A stretch of DNA of 61,071 nt, filler included, from Dugesia japonica (Eukaryota): NCBI GenBank assembly GCA_001938525.1. It is 5 parts of 5 records of this genome, joined end to end, with 100 filler letters (N's around TTAATTAATTAA, not from the genome) between each part and the next. Parts side by side here need not be neighbours in the genome. Positions count along the whole stretch, not along the records: positions 1 to 13,737 come from MQRL01639740.1; 4 more parts are not named here. One strand, given 5' to 3'. Below are positions 1-13,837 of this stretch, piece by piece. The position numbers and the translations under genes were made by a program. The notes under the pieces were generated by a model. It was not told the origin of the DNA and did not search any database. It was given only the letters and a program-made list of their open reading frames with translations. The stretch's first letter is position 1. Every line of letters starts with the position of its first letter.

Positions 1-2782
1 TTTCGACCTTCCCGAGCTAAAATTCGACCGTTCCAACTCGAATTCGAAATTTTTTTTCATGTATTCGTAACGACTAATGAAAATTCTTTCATACTGGCAC
101 TTCAATTACTAGCACGATCGATGGGGGGGGCGGGGGGGGTCATCGTGCCAGTGCTGACGTATCCCACTACTCTCATAGATTAACAATCAGTTTTTTTTAC
201 ATCTGAACCTTGATATGACTCTTTTTTCAATGTTTTTTAATGAGGCTGTAGTCAGAGGATTTCTATTTAGATGTTTTGGCGTCATGTAAAAATTGAAATA
301 ATTAAATATATCTTTTCAATAGAATAAAAAGGTTGTTTTTAAATATAAAAATTCAACTTCTGCTAAGTAGATAAAGGTAATCAACACAATATAAGATCTT
401 TTTCTGATTTCATACGATTAAACAAACATAAAATTCATTAATTATAGTATTTAATTGGATCATGATTCGATAACTTGCCGCTATTTGGATATCTGCACAC
501 AAAAATACTTTTTATCTCTGCGCACAGTTCTTATTAGATTTGATTATAACGAGTTAATTATACTAAGTACGAATAATAGGTGAATAATACACATTAATTA
601 AATCAAACCTATTTATTTAAAGGATTTTATTATATTCAGGTAAAAATATGTGAATGATTGAATTATTTAATTTGATTGATAACTGATTATAACTGAATGA
701 GTGAACAATTTCCGGATTTTATAAATAATAGAGTATGAACCCATTTAAAATTAAAATTTAGTTGTTTTTCAGGAGGAATATTAACATTTGAAATCAATCT
801 TTACTAAGTTATTATATGAATAAATTATCAGGACATAAACTTTGACAGTATTAGAATCACCATTACAGAAAAGATTGTGGAAATTTTAACCACCTTTAGA
901 AAGAATCTATTAAATTTTAACCACTTTTAGGAACATTTCTGTCATTTTTCAAAAATTTCAAAAAAGGGTTCTAGTAAATTTTAAAATTAAATTTGAAAAA
1001 ATTCTTTTACACAGGAATTTTGACAATTATAAAGTTTGAGTCATTCTTCAATGATTAAAAAGATTGTGGAAATTTTAACCATTTTTATGAAAGTTCTTGT
1101 CATTTTTCTGTGATGATAAGAAAGATTATGTCATTTTTTACAAAGAAAATTTTCATTTAAATTTCAAATTAAATTTCATGACTTCAAATAAATTTGATAA
1201 CACTATCTCACTCTTTCTTACCCTCCCAATCTTGGTCTCTCACACTTATCCTTTCTCACTTGATCTCTCTTATTCTTGCTTATTTCTATAATTTACAACC
1301 AAGATTAACATTAAGAAATAATTGAATGGGTATTACTTGTTTGTCAATATGTTCTTCTAAATAATAAATTATATTGTAGTTAGACTATTTACAACAATTA
1401 ATTTATTGAAGGTATCTGATTTATTAGTCTTATATTTAATTATAAAAACCTATATTGTTCCGATTGAATCCAGTATTTCATTATAAATCCCATATTTTTT
1501 TGTTAAAATTCTTATTTTCATGACAAAACCCATATTATCTATAAAACCTATATTTTCATGATAAAGCCAGTATTTTCAATGATGAAACGATAACATTATC
1601 TATTGAAACTAATATTTTTAATGTTGAGATCAATATCTCTAATGAAAGGATTCGTAATGTCTGTGTTAAACTCTTATTTTCTAACAATACATCTGAATAT
1701 TGGCTATCAAAAGGAAAAGGAATCCCATAAAATCAAAGAGCTAGCAATGAGCAAGCAGAGAAGCAGAAGAATAATCACATGATTAAAATAAACTGAAATA
1801 GTTATATTATTTAAAATAAAAAGCATGTCATATCAACTCTTGCTCACTCTCAATCAGTCTAAATGTCTTCTTTTATCACTCTTTTGACACTCTTTAAAGA
1901 TTAATGAAATGAGGTGAATGACAATATGAAGTGAAAAATTTGCATGCAATGGTGGATATTAAGAGGAAATACTGCTAAATATAGCTAAATAGTGATAAGT
2001 CAGGAAAATCAGAGTAAATGATGAAAAATTACTAAAATTATGGGTAAATGGTGGAAAATTAAGTGAAAATGAATAAAACGTAGACAAAATAAGCATATTA
2101 AATGATTATGTATAGAATAAATGCAGTATAGTTAGTAACTCATATTTTCTAATGGTAAAATTTGTATTTTCTTTGATAAGTCCATTATTTTCCAATAGTG
2201 AAACTTAAATTTTCAATAACGAAATCGCATAATACGGTATAAGTTATAGTCAAAAGATCCATTTTATTGACTGATAATTTGTATTTAAAAGAAAATGAAA
2301 CTTATAAAAATCAAAGTGCACATACGGTTGCCAATTAGCAAGCAAGAAAAGAAGGAGCAAGCGATAATAAAGGCAAATAGTGAAAGATTTTATTGAAAGA
2401 AATACCTATATTTCACAAGATAAAACCTATATTTTTCATATTGAAACCATATTGAACTCAAATTTTATTGAATTTAATCCTTAATCCAATAAAATAAACA
2501 ATAACATATTAATAAAGACTTGTTTTATTACGTAATCAACTAATAAATTAAACCACGTCTCATTATAGATATTCAAACCTTATTTACATAAATGAGAAAT
2601 TAAGTAAATCTGGTAAAATAAAGGGCAAAAAAGAGTAAAATGTAGGGAAATCGGTCAAAATTATACAAATTTGGCAAAATATAAGAAAATCAGTCATTAC
2701 AGAGAAAATTGAGAAAATAAGAAAATGTAAAATCATATAAAACAATAGAATCAAGTGACTTCTTGGAAGTATATTAAACATT

Positions 2783-2818
2783 ATGTGTGATACAATTTCG
2801 ACCTTGTCTTCGTCAGGA
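2783..2818 (-). ncRNA. Hammerhead ribozyme core (Penelope-like repeat family), cut by a gap
   Basis: Minus strand reads TC-CTGACGA-A-GAC-AAG-GTC-GAAA-TTGT-ATC, i.e. CUGANGA, short stem II, GAAA. Same family as the 19937 copy. Stem I partner lies in Ns. Confidence 0.5.
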
Positions 2819-3039
2819 NNNNNNNNNNNNNNNNNNNNNNNNNNNNNNNNNTTTTTTATCTAATATCAATAATTAAAACCTACATTTTGATCTAAGCTTT
2901 TATATTAAATGAATTATGTGTGATACTTAGATAAAGATAACCATTAAATAATACATAATAACATTAGAAAACAAAGTAATGACTAATATTTATTTAGGAA
3001 AACTTAGGTTTGTCTGAAATGATTACTCAATATGAAAAC

Positions 3040-3545
3040 CTTTCCCCAACGATTACGTAACGATTATGCAATAAGGAAATCGAGTTGATGAATAGTATCA
3101 TGATCACGCAAAGATTACGTAATTAGGAAATCGGGTTTGGTCGATTATGTAATAGTTACATAATGATAACATAATCAGGAAGGTATGTTTGTCGGGTTAT
3201 ATAATGATTTAGTAATAATTACGTATCAATCACGTAATGGGAAATGTTTTTTTCGATATCGTCATGATTAGGTATTGATAACCTAATCGGGAAGTCAAGT
3301 TCAAATGATTGCGCAGTGATTCCATAACAGTTTAGTATTGGTTACACAACTAGGAAATATTTTTGGGCGATTACCTCATGAATACGTAATGGTTATGTAA
3401 CTTTATCAGTAATTATGTGATTGTTTCGTCAACATTGCTATACCAACGCCTCGACCCTCTCCTAGGAGGGCGAGAGAGTAGGACCTTTATCAGTGATTAT
3501 GCAATGATTACACAATACCTATAAAACTTTTGTGTGATTATTACA
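3040..3545. repeat. Degenerate minisatellite built on GATTACGTAAT-like units
   Basis: Recurrent gattacgtaa / gattatgcaa / gattacacaa units interspersed with ggaaatcg. Confidence 0.5.
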
Positions 3546-5039
3546 TCACCGTCGCCATGCCAACGGCTGGCCCCCAACTGTTCTCGATTCCTCCTTTCTA
3601 TCTACTGTACTTGTATGTTTTTCATTGTTATTTCTATTTATTTCCTTGTATATACGTTTTGGCGATTTTTCTCCACGTTATTCTTACTCACCATATATTT
3701 TCTATCGAATAAATGTATTTTGCTTCGAGGTTTTTTATGTTATTTTTTGTGGACGCTTTCTCTCAATTGTTTTGATTTCTATTCTTCTATACATTGTTCT
3801 TCTTCGTGTTAATATCTTCTAGGAGTAGATACTCTGAAGTGGACACAAATTTGACAACAACTCGATTATTGTGACATCTACTTTAAGACATTTGAGACTA
3901 TGCGGTATCCCGTCTTTTTACTTCATTCTTTACGGCTGCTGTTGAATATTATAAAAATAGTCGATCATTATTATCTTATTACCCTTATTTTCTTTTGTGA
4001 TCTGGTTGTCAATTCGAGAATCCTGGGAGAGTGTTTGAACTGTTACGATTAATACTCCTTCGTAGGTGATTATGTCTGTTAGTTTTTATTTTTTAATTAA
4101 TTCTATTTTCTCCTTGAATATTAGTTCATTTTATTTTCTCAGCGATATTTTTCATTAATTCTTTTCTCTTTTTGGATAATACACTATTTTTATTAATTAT
4201 TTTCATTATTAGTTATTACTTTCATTCATTTTGAGCAAAGGTTTTATTATTACTTATTTTCTTTGATAAATTATTTCTTTAAGTGGTAGTTTATTTTTAT
4301 TTATTTCTCTTATTTTTCTGATTATAGTTTGGTAGTAAATTTCCTTGAACATTTGCTTCTTGATTTGCTAATTAAATATTTACACAAAATGTACTTTCAC
4401 ACCAGATTTCCGGAAAAACTTCCGTAAAAAAAGAAAAATCATTAATATTACTTTATTTAAACAAAAATTAAATTCCCGATTGATTATATAATAAATGATG
4501 TAATTATTTTTATCGCCCTCACCATGAAAAATTACTGGATCCATCGATGCATAAAGTAAATGAATATTTCAAGCATAGTACATCGTATAATCTAAGTAAA
4601 CATACTTAATAAACTAAAAAACATTTAATAGTCTAAATAAAACTAATATAATACACTTATAAAGCTAATAAAATGTATCCACTAATCTTATCATAATAAT
4701 AACTTTAAAACTAAAAAATTTAACAACTGTTGATATTTAATATTTTTCGTTTTTAAATATAAATTTTTAAATTTGTTTTTAAAAAAAAAGTTCTCCAAAC
4801 TCATCTAACAATGGTTTTAATATTCAGCAGTATAAGTTCACTTATATCATTTATTACAGTAATTATCTTGTCATTCGATAGATACAAGTTTCAAGTAAGC
4901 TCATCAAGCTATGATACTTAAAGAGTATAAGACGAGAAATAATTAATAACAACTTACCTCTCAATTTTATTCCATAACCTGATTTATAAATTATAAATAT
5001 ACATTAAATATACTGTAAACGAATTAAAATTTAATTTGA

Positions 5040-5373
5040 GATAATTTGAGCATAATTGGAAGATTCTTCAACATCTTCTCAACACTCTAATGTGTATTCT
5101 TTCGAATTATTACTTTTTCGGGAACATCCAATCTTTTCTTTCAGGGATGTCCTTCAAAAGTTTCGTAGAAATCCCAAACTGGCTTGTTAAAATTTTTGCT
5201 TCAATATCCATTTATTTTTACAAGTATAGAATCAAAAGGCTTGTTGAAAAGTGGAAAGAAGTAGTGCTCAATGAAGTAGATTATATTACTAACTAATTTC
5301 GTATAATCTTTGCAAAAAAAATAAAAATGTTTTGTCTTGAAATATCCACAGGAACTGATGAACCAACCTAATA
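5040..5373 (+). mobile_element. mariner transposase C-terminal remnant with 3' TIR
   Basis: SNYYFFGNIQSFLSGMSFKS...KRLVEKWKEVVLNEVDY matches the mariner C-terminus (SDYHLF..LQ..L.G..F...KLV.RW..VV...GDY). Ends in aaccaacctaaTA, a mariner-type TIR end. Confidence 0.75.
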
Positions 5374-5721
5374 TAAAAGCGTTGATTAAGTGAGCAACCA
5401 TTATTTATACATAATTTTTTATTTAAATGAGTCATTGATAGAAATTTGAATTTTTTGATCGTATGCTATACTGACATTCAAGAATCATTTTAAGCATTAA
5501 ATCATTGCTTGGTTAAATGTCTCCAGTAATTAGAGTTCTCGGTTAAATTAACACTTTTAAAGTGTAGAATGCAGATAAAATTAAATTTGCGGTTGCTTTT
5601 ATATTGTTTGTTGATAAAGACATCTTTAATGTTTTAATAAAATTCCTGGGAATACAATTAAATTATGAATGATGTAGTATACTATAGACCTGTGGTCTGA
5701 AAACTGTGTGCTATGATAATA

Positions 5722-7974
5722 TGTCTAAGTCTAAAATTGAGAACGACATTATTCGAAAGTGTAATTCACCTTAGAACACATCTTTGGTTTGTGTGTGGAA
5801 GAAGGAGAATAAAGGCATAAGATTATGTTTGGATTTTAGAACATTGAATGAGATTACAGAAAGACAAGCATTTTTAATGCCAAATATTGAAGAAATGCTG
5901 GATGCATTGAGCGATCCGACCTATTTCAGTTTGATTGACCTGGTAAATACGTATTACCAGTTGGAATTGGATCAGGACTCACAAGAAAAGACAGCGTTTC
6001 CCACAAAGCAGGGACAATATTGTTTTAATCGGATGCCGTATGGAATAGCGGCAGCTTCTGGGACTTTTCAGGAGATGATAATGGAAGTAATAAAAGAAGT
6101 ATAAGGAGCCATGGTATACCTAGATGACATATTGGTATTTTTGAAATCGAGGGAGAAACATTTGAAAATATAGAAAATTTTTTAGTTAGAATTTTAAAAT
6201 CAAGTCTGAGAATCAATCCTGAAAAGTGCTCTTTCATGAAACGAGAGATAAAATTTTTAGGTCACATCATAAGTGAAAAGGGTATTCAGACCGATCCAGT
6301 AAACGTAGAAGCAATTAAATCTTTTAGAGAGCCAAAATATTTTCAAAGAAACTACGTAGTTGCCTTAGTACATGCAACTACTATACGAAGTTTATTAAAA
6401 ATTACGCGATGAAGGCTAGAAAACTGGAAAAATTGTGGAGTGGTCAAGAAAACACAAAATTGGTTTGATCTGCAGAGTTGTCACAGATTTTTGAAGGATT
6501 GAAAACAGCACTGACCACAACACCAGTGTTGGGGTTTCCAGATCTACGGAAAGAATTCACCTTAGACACAGAAGCCAGTTTTAGCGCGGTCGGTGCAGTA
6601 TTTCACAAAAAGAGGAATACGGGAAAGAAAGGGTTATTGCCTATGGTTCACACGCGATGTCTAATCATGAGAAGAGTTATTGGATAACAAGAAAAGAATT
6701 GCTAGAAGTTTATTATTTTTGCTTACATTTTAAACATTATCTATATGGGAAACGTTTCATACTTAGAACGGATCACAAAGCAATTACGTTTATGTTTTTT
6801 TTACGTTTATTAGCCAGTTCCAAACTTGGATTAATTTTTTTTAGCAGCCATGTCATCAAGTTTGAATATAGAAAAGATACTCTTCAAGGGAATGCAGATA
6901 CACTCTGTAGATTGAATTGCGATAATTGTACACAATGCCAGATAGTACATGCTGACGCAAAAACAGAGAAGCCTAGGACGAGGTTGTTTCAGACTCAAGA
7001 TTGTGTTTTAGGCGTTAAAACTGAAATTAATGATACGAAAGAAACTATGGAAAAGGAAGGAAAAACATGGATAACTGCGGAAGAGCTAGATAAACAAATT
7101 TGGAAGATTCATAGGTTTCTATGCCATGCAGGAGTGGAAAAGACAAAAGACTACATTTGTGCGAAATTTGCTGGAGACATTTTGAGAGAAAGGGCGAAAG
7201 AATTGATGCGGACTTGTAATTGGTGTCAAAAAGCGAAGACTAGTATAGTGAGAGTTAAGGAACCTACGGTTTGGTCAGAAAATTTTGAACCGTTTGAGAT
7301 GATGTTTATTGACATCTGCGGACCTTAAAAAGAAACAAAAAAAATGAAGAAATATATTCTGGCAGATAACTATCAATCCGGGAGAACACAATGGACACAA
7401 TGAATATTCGGATTTAGATGCCCTAGAGTAATTAGATCGGATTGCAGCAGAGTATTCAAAGCTAGGGAGATGAATGATTTCGCAAAAAATAGAAGATTTT
7501 CTGGAATTTTGTTAGTCCTTACCATCACAAAACTAATGGACCGATTAAACGACAGTACCGGAAAGTACGGGACTTTATGAATGTTGTAATGCAAGATAAG
7601 GGGACATCAGATTGGGGGGAATTATTGCCAAAAATTGAGTTTGCAATAAATGCAACTAAACAAAAAACAAAGCAGTTGAGTCCGGCAGAAATGGTTTTTG
7701 GTTGGCAGATCAGTCGAAAAAAATAGTAGTCAAAAGAAAATAGGAGTCTATACGAGGAAGAAAAAAACACAGAATTCTAACAAGTTTCCAACAAGAAGAA
7801 ACTTTCAGGTCGGTAAAAAGGTCTTAGTTGAAATTGAAGCGAGAGATAAAGAAATAGATAGATACAAAGATCCCTACAAGATAGAAGAGAAATTCCCTAT
7901 ATGTGTTAGTTGGTCACGACGGCAAGAAGCTCACAAGAAATTTCGAAAAACTTAAAACATTCTTGAGAAGGGGG
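5722..7974 (+). mobile_element. Ty3/Gypsy pol remnant (RT, RNase H, integrase), 5'-truncated and pseudogenised
   Basis: RLCLDFRTLN, RMPYG, VYLDDI (about 6114), LDTEASF, ITRKELL, LRTDH, HRFLCHAG..C..C, FIDICGP, polypurine tract GAGAAGGGGG. Multiple stops and frameshifts. Confidence 0.95.
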
Positions 7975-8380
7975 TGTGAGGAAATTTGAGAATATTTTAA
8001 GTATTTTATGTGTATTAAGCGCTTACGATTTTTATTTTAATATGGATACTGTGTCAGTTTTTTAAAAAACGTTCTGTAAAATTTTGTTGGGTATTTATTT
8101 GAAAATTATTGCATGTTATTGTTTTATACTGACGATTTGATTTGTGTAAATTTTTCTGAATTGTACATTAATTGTTTAATTATTTATTTCATTAAATTAT
8201 TTTTGAAGTTGTAAATTAGTTGTAAATTTCAGTTGTAAATTAATCAATTTTGTAAATATTAATAAATTTTAGTAATTAAACCATTTCAGATTTTCTTATT
8301 ATTTTATAATTATGAATGAAAGGTTGAGTGGTAAATATAAACCCGCTAACGGAGTGTTTTGAAAAGTTCGGAATTTTACA
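7975..8380 (+). repeat. 3' LTR of the Gypsy remnant
   Basis: TG immediately after the PPT. Candidate ...TTTTACA end at 8380 is approximate. Confidence 0.6.
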
Positions 8381-8849
8381 CTAGATAATAATATAATGAG
8401 CTAAAAATTACCTCGGTTATGCATGAAATTTCATTTTCCCCCTTGTAAAATTAGTACTTTTATATTTGGAAAAACAATATATTGGACAAAAATTTCAAAA
8501 TTCCTTTTTCAGATCAATTTTTTCTCGTTTGCCGCATTGAAAGGGTTAAATATGTCCGAAAATAAAATTTCCATCTCATTAAATTCTTGACTAATATTTT
8601 TAAGTTTTATGTTTTTGATATCATTCGAAAAAGAAATAAAGTATTTCAACTATTTTTTAAAATTATTTTGTCAATTTTTGGTATCTTTTTGGTTTCTAAA
8701 GTTATTTTCGCTTAAAAAGCTTTAGAGTGTCGTCAGAAAGATTTCATCATTTAGGTGTGCCGCAAAATAGAAATTTTGCCGACCACTGCTATAGACAAAT
8801 TCATTTAAATATAAACCTGCTTCCCAGCATGAAAGATTGTATTTAAATA

Positions 8850-9700
8850 GTTATATAATATTATTAATGATTTAGAAGATCGTATGTATTATCATCCTTT
8901 ATAACATAGAATATTTGTAGAATTGCAAAAACTGTTCCATTTGACTAGGTAAAGTCTCGGCATCATTTGAAAAGCCTCTATTGATGGAATTTATGGAAAT
9001 TATCATTCAAAAAATAATAATATTTAATTCCTTGAATTTAAGATATTGACCATGGAAAAGAATCAAAAAGATTTTGTTGGTTAACCCAAGATGCTAATGT
9101 ATCTGACGGTTTTTTCCTTGAACGCAAATCTCACGGCTACTTGATTAAAATCGTTAACAGAAAAATTAATTTATAAGAGTTGAAGATTATCCCATTCATC
9201 TAAGTGAATGCTTCTAAATTTTCAAAATCATTATTATCGATAACACTTTTATTAGCTTATTCAGTGTTATCAAAGAGTTATGTAGATCCACACCACTTCC
9301 AGATAAAATTAATAATAAAATTATATTATTCTGTTTGGAAAATAATCCTTGTTTCAAAATCCTTTTCAAAACTAATAAAGAAGCTTGTAGTAGATGGCAT
9401 TCTTTATTCACCATAGCAAAATAAATTCTATCTATAATGATATTTGTTCCACATCGTATAATGTCAATAAACTTGCATTAATACCAATATTTAAATTAAA
9501 TATGTTAATTAGGATAAAAATAACAATTGGTATCATATTTGTGGAGGTTGAATGACTACGACAAGAAAACGAGAGTTTATGGTGTCTCAAATATGAAGCT
9601 CCATCCACCTCCTCAACACTAACAACTCCTAAAATGGTCCACGAGGTCTTCATCAATGTGTATACTGAAGACAATTGACTTCATTTGTGATTTATATGAT
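8850..9700 (+). pseudogene. Possible heavily decayed DNA-transposase remnant (unclassified)
   Basis: Fragment KASIDGIYGN resembles the HGK...DG.GG motif, and KLHPPPQH..LLKW resembles C-terminal motifs of some invertebrate transposases. Weak evidence. Confidence 0.25.
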
Positions 9701-11751
9701 AAATAAGTTTTACACCTGCATATGAAAATATGATTTAATGGTTTCAACTCAATTTTCACTTATTGTGGCCTCGATCGCAACATAAAACGAACCCAAATAA
9801 GATGTAGACGGTGCGCTCAAGAACTCTTAACACTAGGTAAAAAATCACTAAGCCTGCCATAAACGCAACTAAAGAACAGTTGTATCAAATTCTTGATGTG
9901 CCATATCACCCTTGACTGCAACATTTTGTTAGCCTTGTTTATTTTAAAAATATATTACAATAAAACAAACTTTTACTAGTTTAATTTCAATACAAATTAT
10001 TCACTATGAAGATTTTTAATTGAAAATATTATTTTCTAAATTGTTTTGAGTTTAAATAATTTTTAAAAATAAGTTAGAAATATTAAAATTTTAGAAATTG
10101 TAAGATTTTATTTGTAAAGAAAGCTTTTCCCCAAATGCAAGGGCACTATTGGGCATGTTCTTCGAAATAACAATTGGTTCTCAACTTATTTTAGATGGCT
10201 GCAACCTAACGGAACATTTCAAAAAAAACATTCATTATTATAATAAGTTGGCAGCTATGAAAACAACAAGTGAAAATTATATTTTAAAAATTATAAAAAT
10301 TATTTAAATAAATATAAATTTTAAATATTAAAATGGAATTCAATTTTTTGTATGAAAACTTTTATAAAAGGTATAAAATTGTGTAGTGTTTCAGATGTAT
10401 TGGATAAAATAACGTAAAATTTTCTATAATAAGGATTTCAAATTCTTTGTCTGATTTAATTTGTTTTAAATAACTCAATGAAATTTGTTCTATTTGTTTT
10501 GTAATAAATTTAAAATATAATCGACTATTCTTTCATGGCCAACAATGAGTGTCTTAAAGTTATCTGACACGCATAATGACAAAAAATATCGTTCAAATTT
10601 TTTTTTATTTTCTACAAATTAAGTTACTTAATATTTGTAAGTAGAACAAATTAATATTTTATAAATAGAAATTGTTTAACCAAATACCGATGAATATAAT
10701 CAATAACACCGATATATCACTAAACAATCATGACTGATCAAATTTTTAACAATTGCGGTTTCCTGAGATCCAATGTGGAGATTGGTTTACCGTATATTTG
10801 ATGAGTGATGTTAGCGTTATGATGTTAACCTTTAACGTTATGAAACATGATATACAACTTTTCGGTAGTAGTCCTTAAGACAATGTATACGTAGCTTTCA
10901 TAATTAATCGAATAGTATAAAATATTATTTATAACTATTATCATGTTAAATAATTTTGAGAATTAATTAATTTCCAATAATAATATTTTAGACAATGTAT
11001 AGGTAACGGTTTATAATAAGACATAATATCAAAATGTAACTATTACGTAATCATATGAAATTGTGCAAAGGTTATTACATAAGTATTTAGAATTTTCTAA
11101 TGTAAATAGGCAGTGGCACATATTTGTGTGTGTATAATAACATATGAGATTTTATTGAATTTGTCCCGTGGTTTGGTCAATTTGATAAATGTTTAGGTGA
11201 TTTTGACAATTATTTCCCCGGAAATGGTAAAATTGGTTAATCTTTATAAGTATTCATCAATTATTTCCTCGGTCTGGTCAGTTTGGGTAATTTTTATATA
11301 ATCTTAGTAAATTATTTACTCACAAGTGTTAGTTTTAGGTGAATTTGATCGATAATTTCATCTGGTTGGTCAGTTTGGGTTGAATTTTTACGAAAAATTC
11401 ATGGAAAAGTAGAATTTATTTAAATTTCAAAGTTTTTCAAAATATTTTAAATTTTTACGGTAAATTGGTGAAATTAGATAATCTTTGTTTAAATTTTCAG
11501 ATTTTTAATTTTTTTAATCAAAGATTTTGTGGTAATTCAATGTAAATATAAAAATGAAACTAACCAAACAAATTAATTTTATAAAATTATATTAATTAAC
11601 ACAAACCAAAAGTCCAAAGATGTTTTCCTTTTTAATTTTTGCAATACTTTCAATGATAATAATGATAATAATATTTGAAACAGATATTATTCTTCTAATC
11701 GGAGATCGATAAGTTTATTTGCTTTAATAATAATGCTTAATTTGGAGGTTG

Positions 11752-12800
11752 ATAAGTTTCTTAGTTTATTTTGGNAGGTGACAAGTTTATCTATTAGATT
11801 TTATTTTCCGTTTGGCAGTTGCCAAGAATTTGCGTTTTTTTTCTTTATTTCAGCGGTGGCCAAAAAAAGTTTTTAAATTTAATTACCATTTGTATTTGTC
11901 GTCAATAGTTGTTATTGACTTTTTAAATTTATATATTTTTATTATAATTATAATATGTGTGTATTTATATACACACATACCAATAGTTACATACATTTTT
12001 TAAATAAATAACAAAAACAATGACATTACAATCATCATCCCAATAGGTAACTGGTAAAACTCGAAAATAAAGTGTAAAATAAATGGGCATTCATAGGATT
12101 TTAACCTAACACCGATGGCGTATAACACCACTTCATAACAGCATTACATCGCCAACGCACATACCGAAATTTGACAAATGAAAAATCAGTATTACTGCCC
12201 CGATTACGTAAACACACATCTAAATTTCTGGCCAATCAAATTGCATGAAGTGTGTGTCAANNNNNNNNNNNNNNNNNNNNNNNNNNNNNNNNNNNNNNNN
12301 NNNNNNNNNNTCTTAGTTTATTTTGGCAGGTGACAAGTTTATCTATTAGATTTTATTTTCCGTTTGGCAGTTGCCAAGAATTTGTGTTTTTTTTCTTTAC
12401 TTCAGCGGTTGCCAAAAAAAGTTTTTAAATTTAATTACCATTTGTATTTGTCGTCAATAATTGTTATTGACTTTTTATGTTTATATATTTTTATTATCAT
12501 TATAATATGTGTGTATTTATATACACACATATCAATAGTTACATACATTTTTTAAATAAATAACAAAAACAATAACATTACAATCATCATCCTAATAGGT
12601 AACTGGTAAAACTCGAAAATAAAGTGTAAAATAAATGGTCATTCATAGGATTTTAACCCAACACTGATGGCGCTAAACACCACTTCATAACAGCATTACA
12701 TCACCAACGCACATACCGAAATTTGAAAAATCAGTATTACTACCCCGATTACGTAAACACACATCTAAATTTCTGGCCAATCAAATTGCATGAAGTGTGT
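11752..12800. repeat. About 500-bp near-identical direct duplication across a gap
   Basis: About 11759-12258 matches 12311-12800 with scattered SNPs and indels, separated by Ns. Confidence 0.85.
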
Positions 12801-12809
12801 GTACGGCCA

Positions 12810-13265
12810 ATCAAATTTATGTCGCAAAAACTTTCTACCCCATGGGGTGGATATGTGAAGCAGTACCGAACTATTTCACAACTCTAGCAGAAGTTATATT
12901 CAATAAGAAGAAACATAGAGGAAGATGGTTCAATTATGGAAAAAATGATGAAGAAATTGAAGAGTTGACACTATTACAGTGACATTTTAAAGTTGGAGAC
13001 GAGGTGCTAATCAAGATAAAAAGCATATAAAAAGACAAAGAAAGATTTAGAGGTCCATGTGAGATGATAAAACAGATTCATGAAAGACGATACCTGCTAA
13101 AGAGTTCAGACAGCAATATGATCGAAAGAAATGCGGAAAAAAAGTTTAAAAATTTTTAAAGAGGGGGAGATGTAAGAATGATTCATAGATTTGAAAATAT
13201 CTGGGAAATTTTTTTAATTTAGTATTTATTATATTATATTATATTATATAAAAAATTAATTTAAT
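12810..13265 (+). mobile_element. Gypsy integrase 3' end, PPT and LTR start
   Basis: FKVGDEVLIK...RFRGPCEMIKQIHERRYLL, then AAGAGGGGGAGA followed by TGTAAGAATG at 13171. Same family as 17100-18330. Confidence 0.8.
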
Positions 13266-13781
13266 TTTGTATCTCCATCATCGAAAACTATATCCTCGTA
13301 TGATGTGTTTAAAACAACAAAGTATCTTTTATAGTTATTGTTTTATTTCTTTTCTTACTATTGCAATACAATACAAGTTGCTTAAATCTAGAAACATTGA
13401 TTGTTTGAAAAGTATGAAAATTTCAATTAATATTTTAAATTGCTTCATTTTTACATTTGTTTTTAAGTTTTTTCCTGCTTCTTCACCTATCACATTATTT
13501 TCCTACTATTTGCTCTACAGTACCAATAACAATTGTCTATTGTAAATATACTTTAATTTAATTGGCTACACGTTCTATTTGCTCCTTAATTCCTTTAAAA
13601 ATAATTATCTGAGGACAAACTTGTAAGCCATAAATATGAAGTCTTTAAACTTGTTTATCGCAATTATTACAATAAATGAAGGATCCATTGTTTATTGTTT
13701 CAATATGGTGGAATGCGGTGTCAAGTCTATTAATAATNNNNNNNNNNNNNNNNNNNNNNNNNNNNNNNNNNNNNNNNNNNN

Positions 13782-13793
13782 TTAATTAATTAA
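13782..13793. other. Artificial contig linker
   Basis: TTAATTAATTAA embedded in Ns. Confidence 0.95.
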
Positions 13794-13837
13794 NNNNNNN
13801 NNNNNNNNNNNNNNNNNNNNNNNNNNNNNNNNNNNNN

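Larger units (their letters stand above)
5690..8788. mobile_element. hAT (Charlie-like) termini with 8-bp TSD, enclosing a Gypsy fragment
   Basis: CTATAGAC occurs at 5682-5689 and 8789-8796. Left end CTGTGGTCTGAAAA, right end (reverse complement) CAGTGGTCGGCAAA. Confidence 0.7.

Noticed and set aside
1097-3822. Short F/I/L-rich ORFs in the track (here and many elsewhere, including antisense ORFs over TEs)
   Set aside because: Composition is what AT-rich non-coding DNA or the antisense strand of real coding regions produces. No motifs.
8525-8549. piggyBac-like end (...AAAGGG-TTAA)
   Set aside because: Only one end was found and there is no coding sequence, so no element can be defined.
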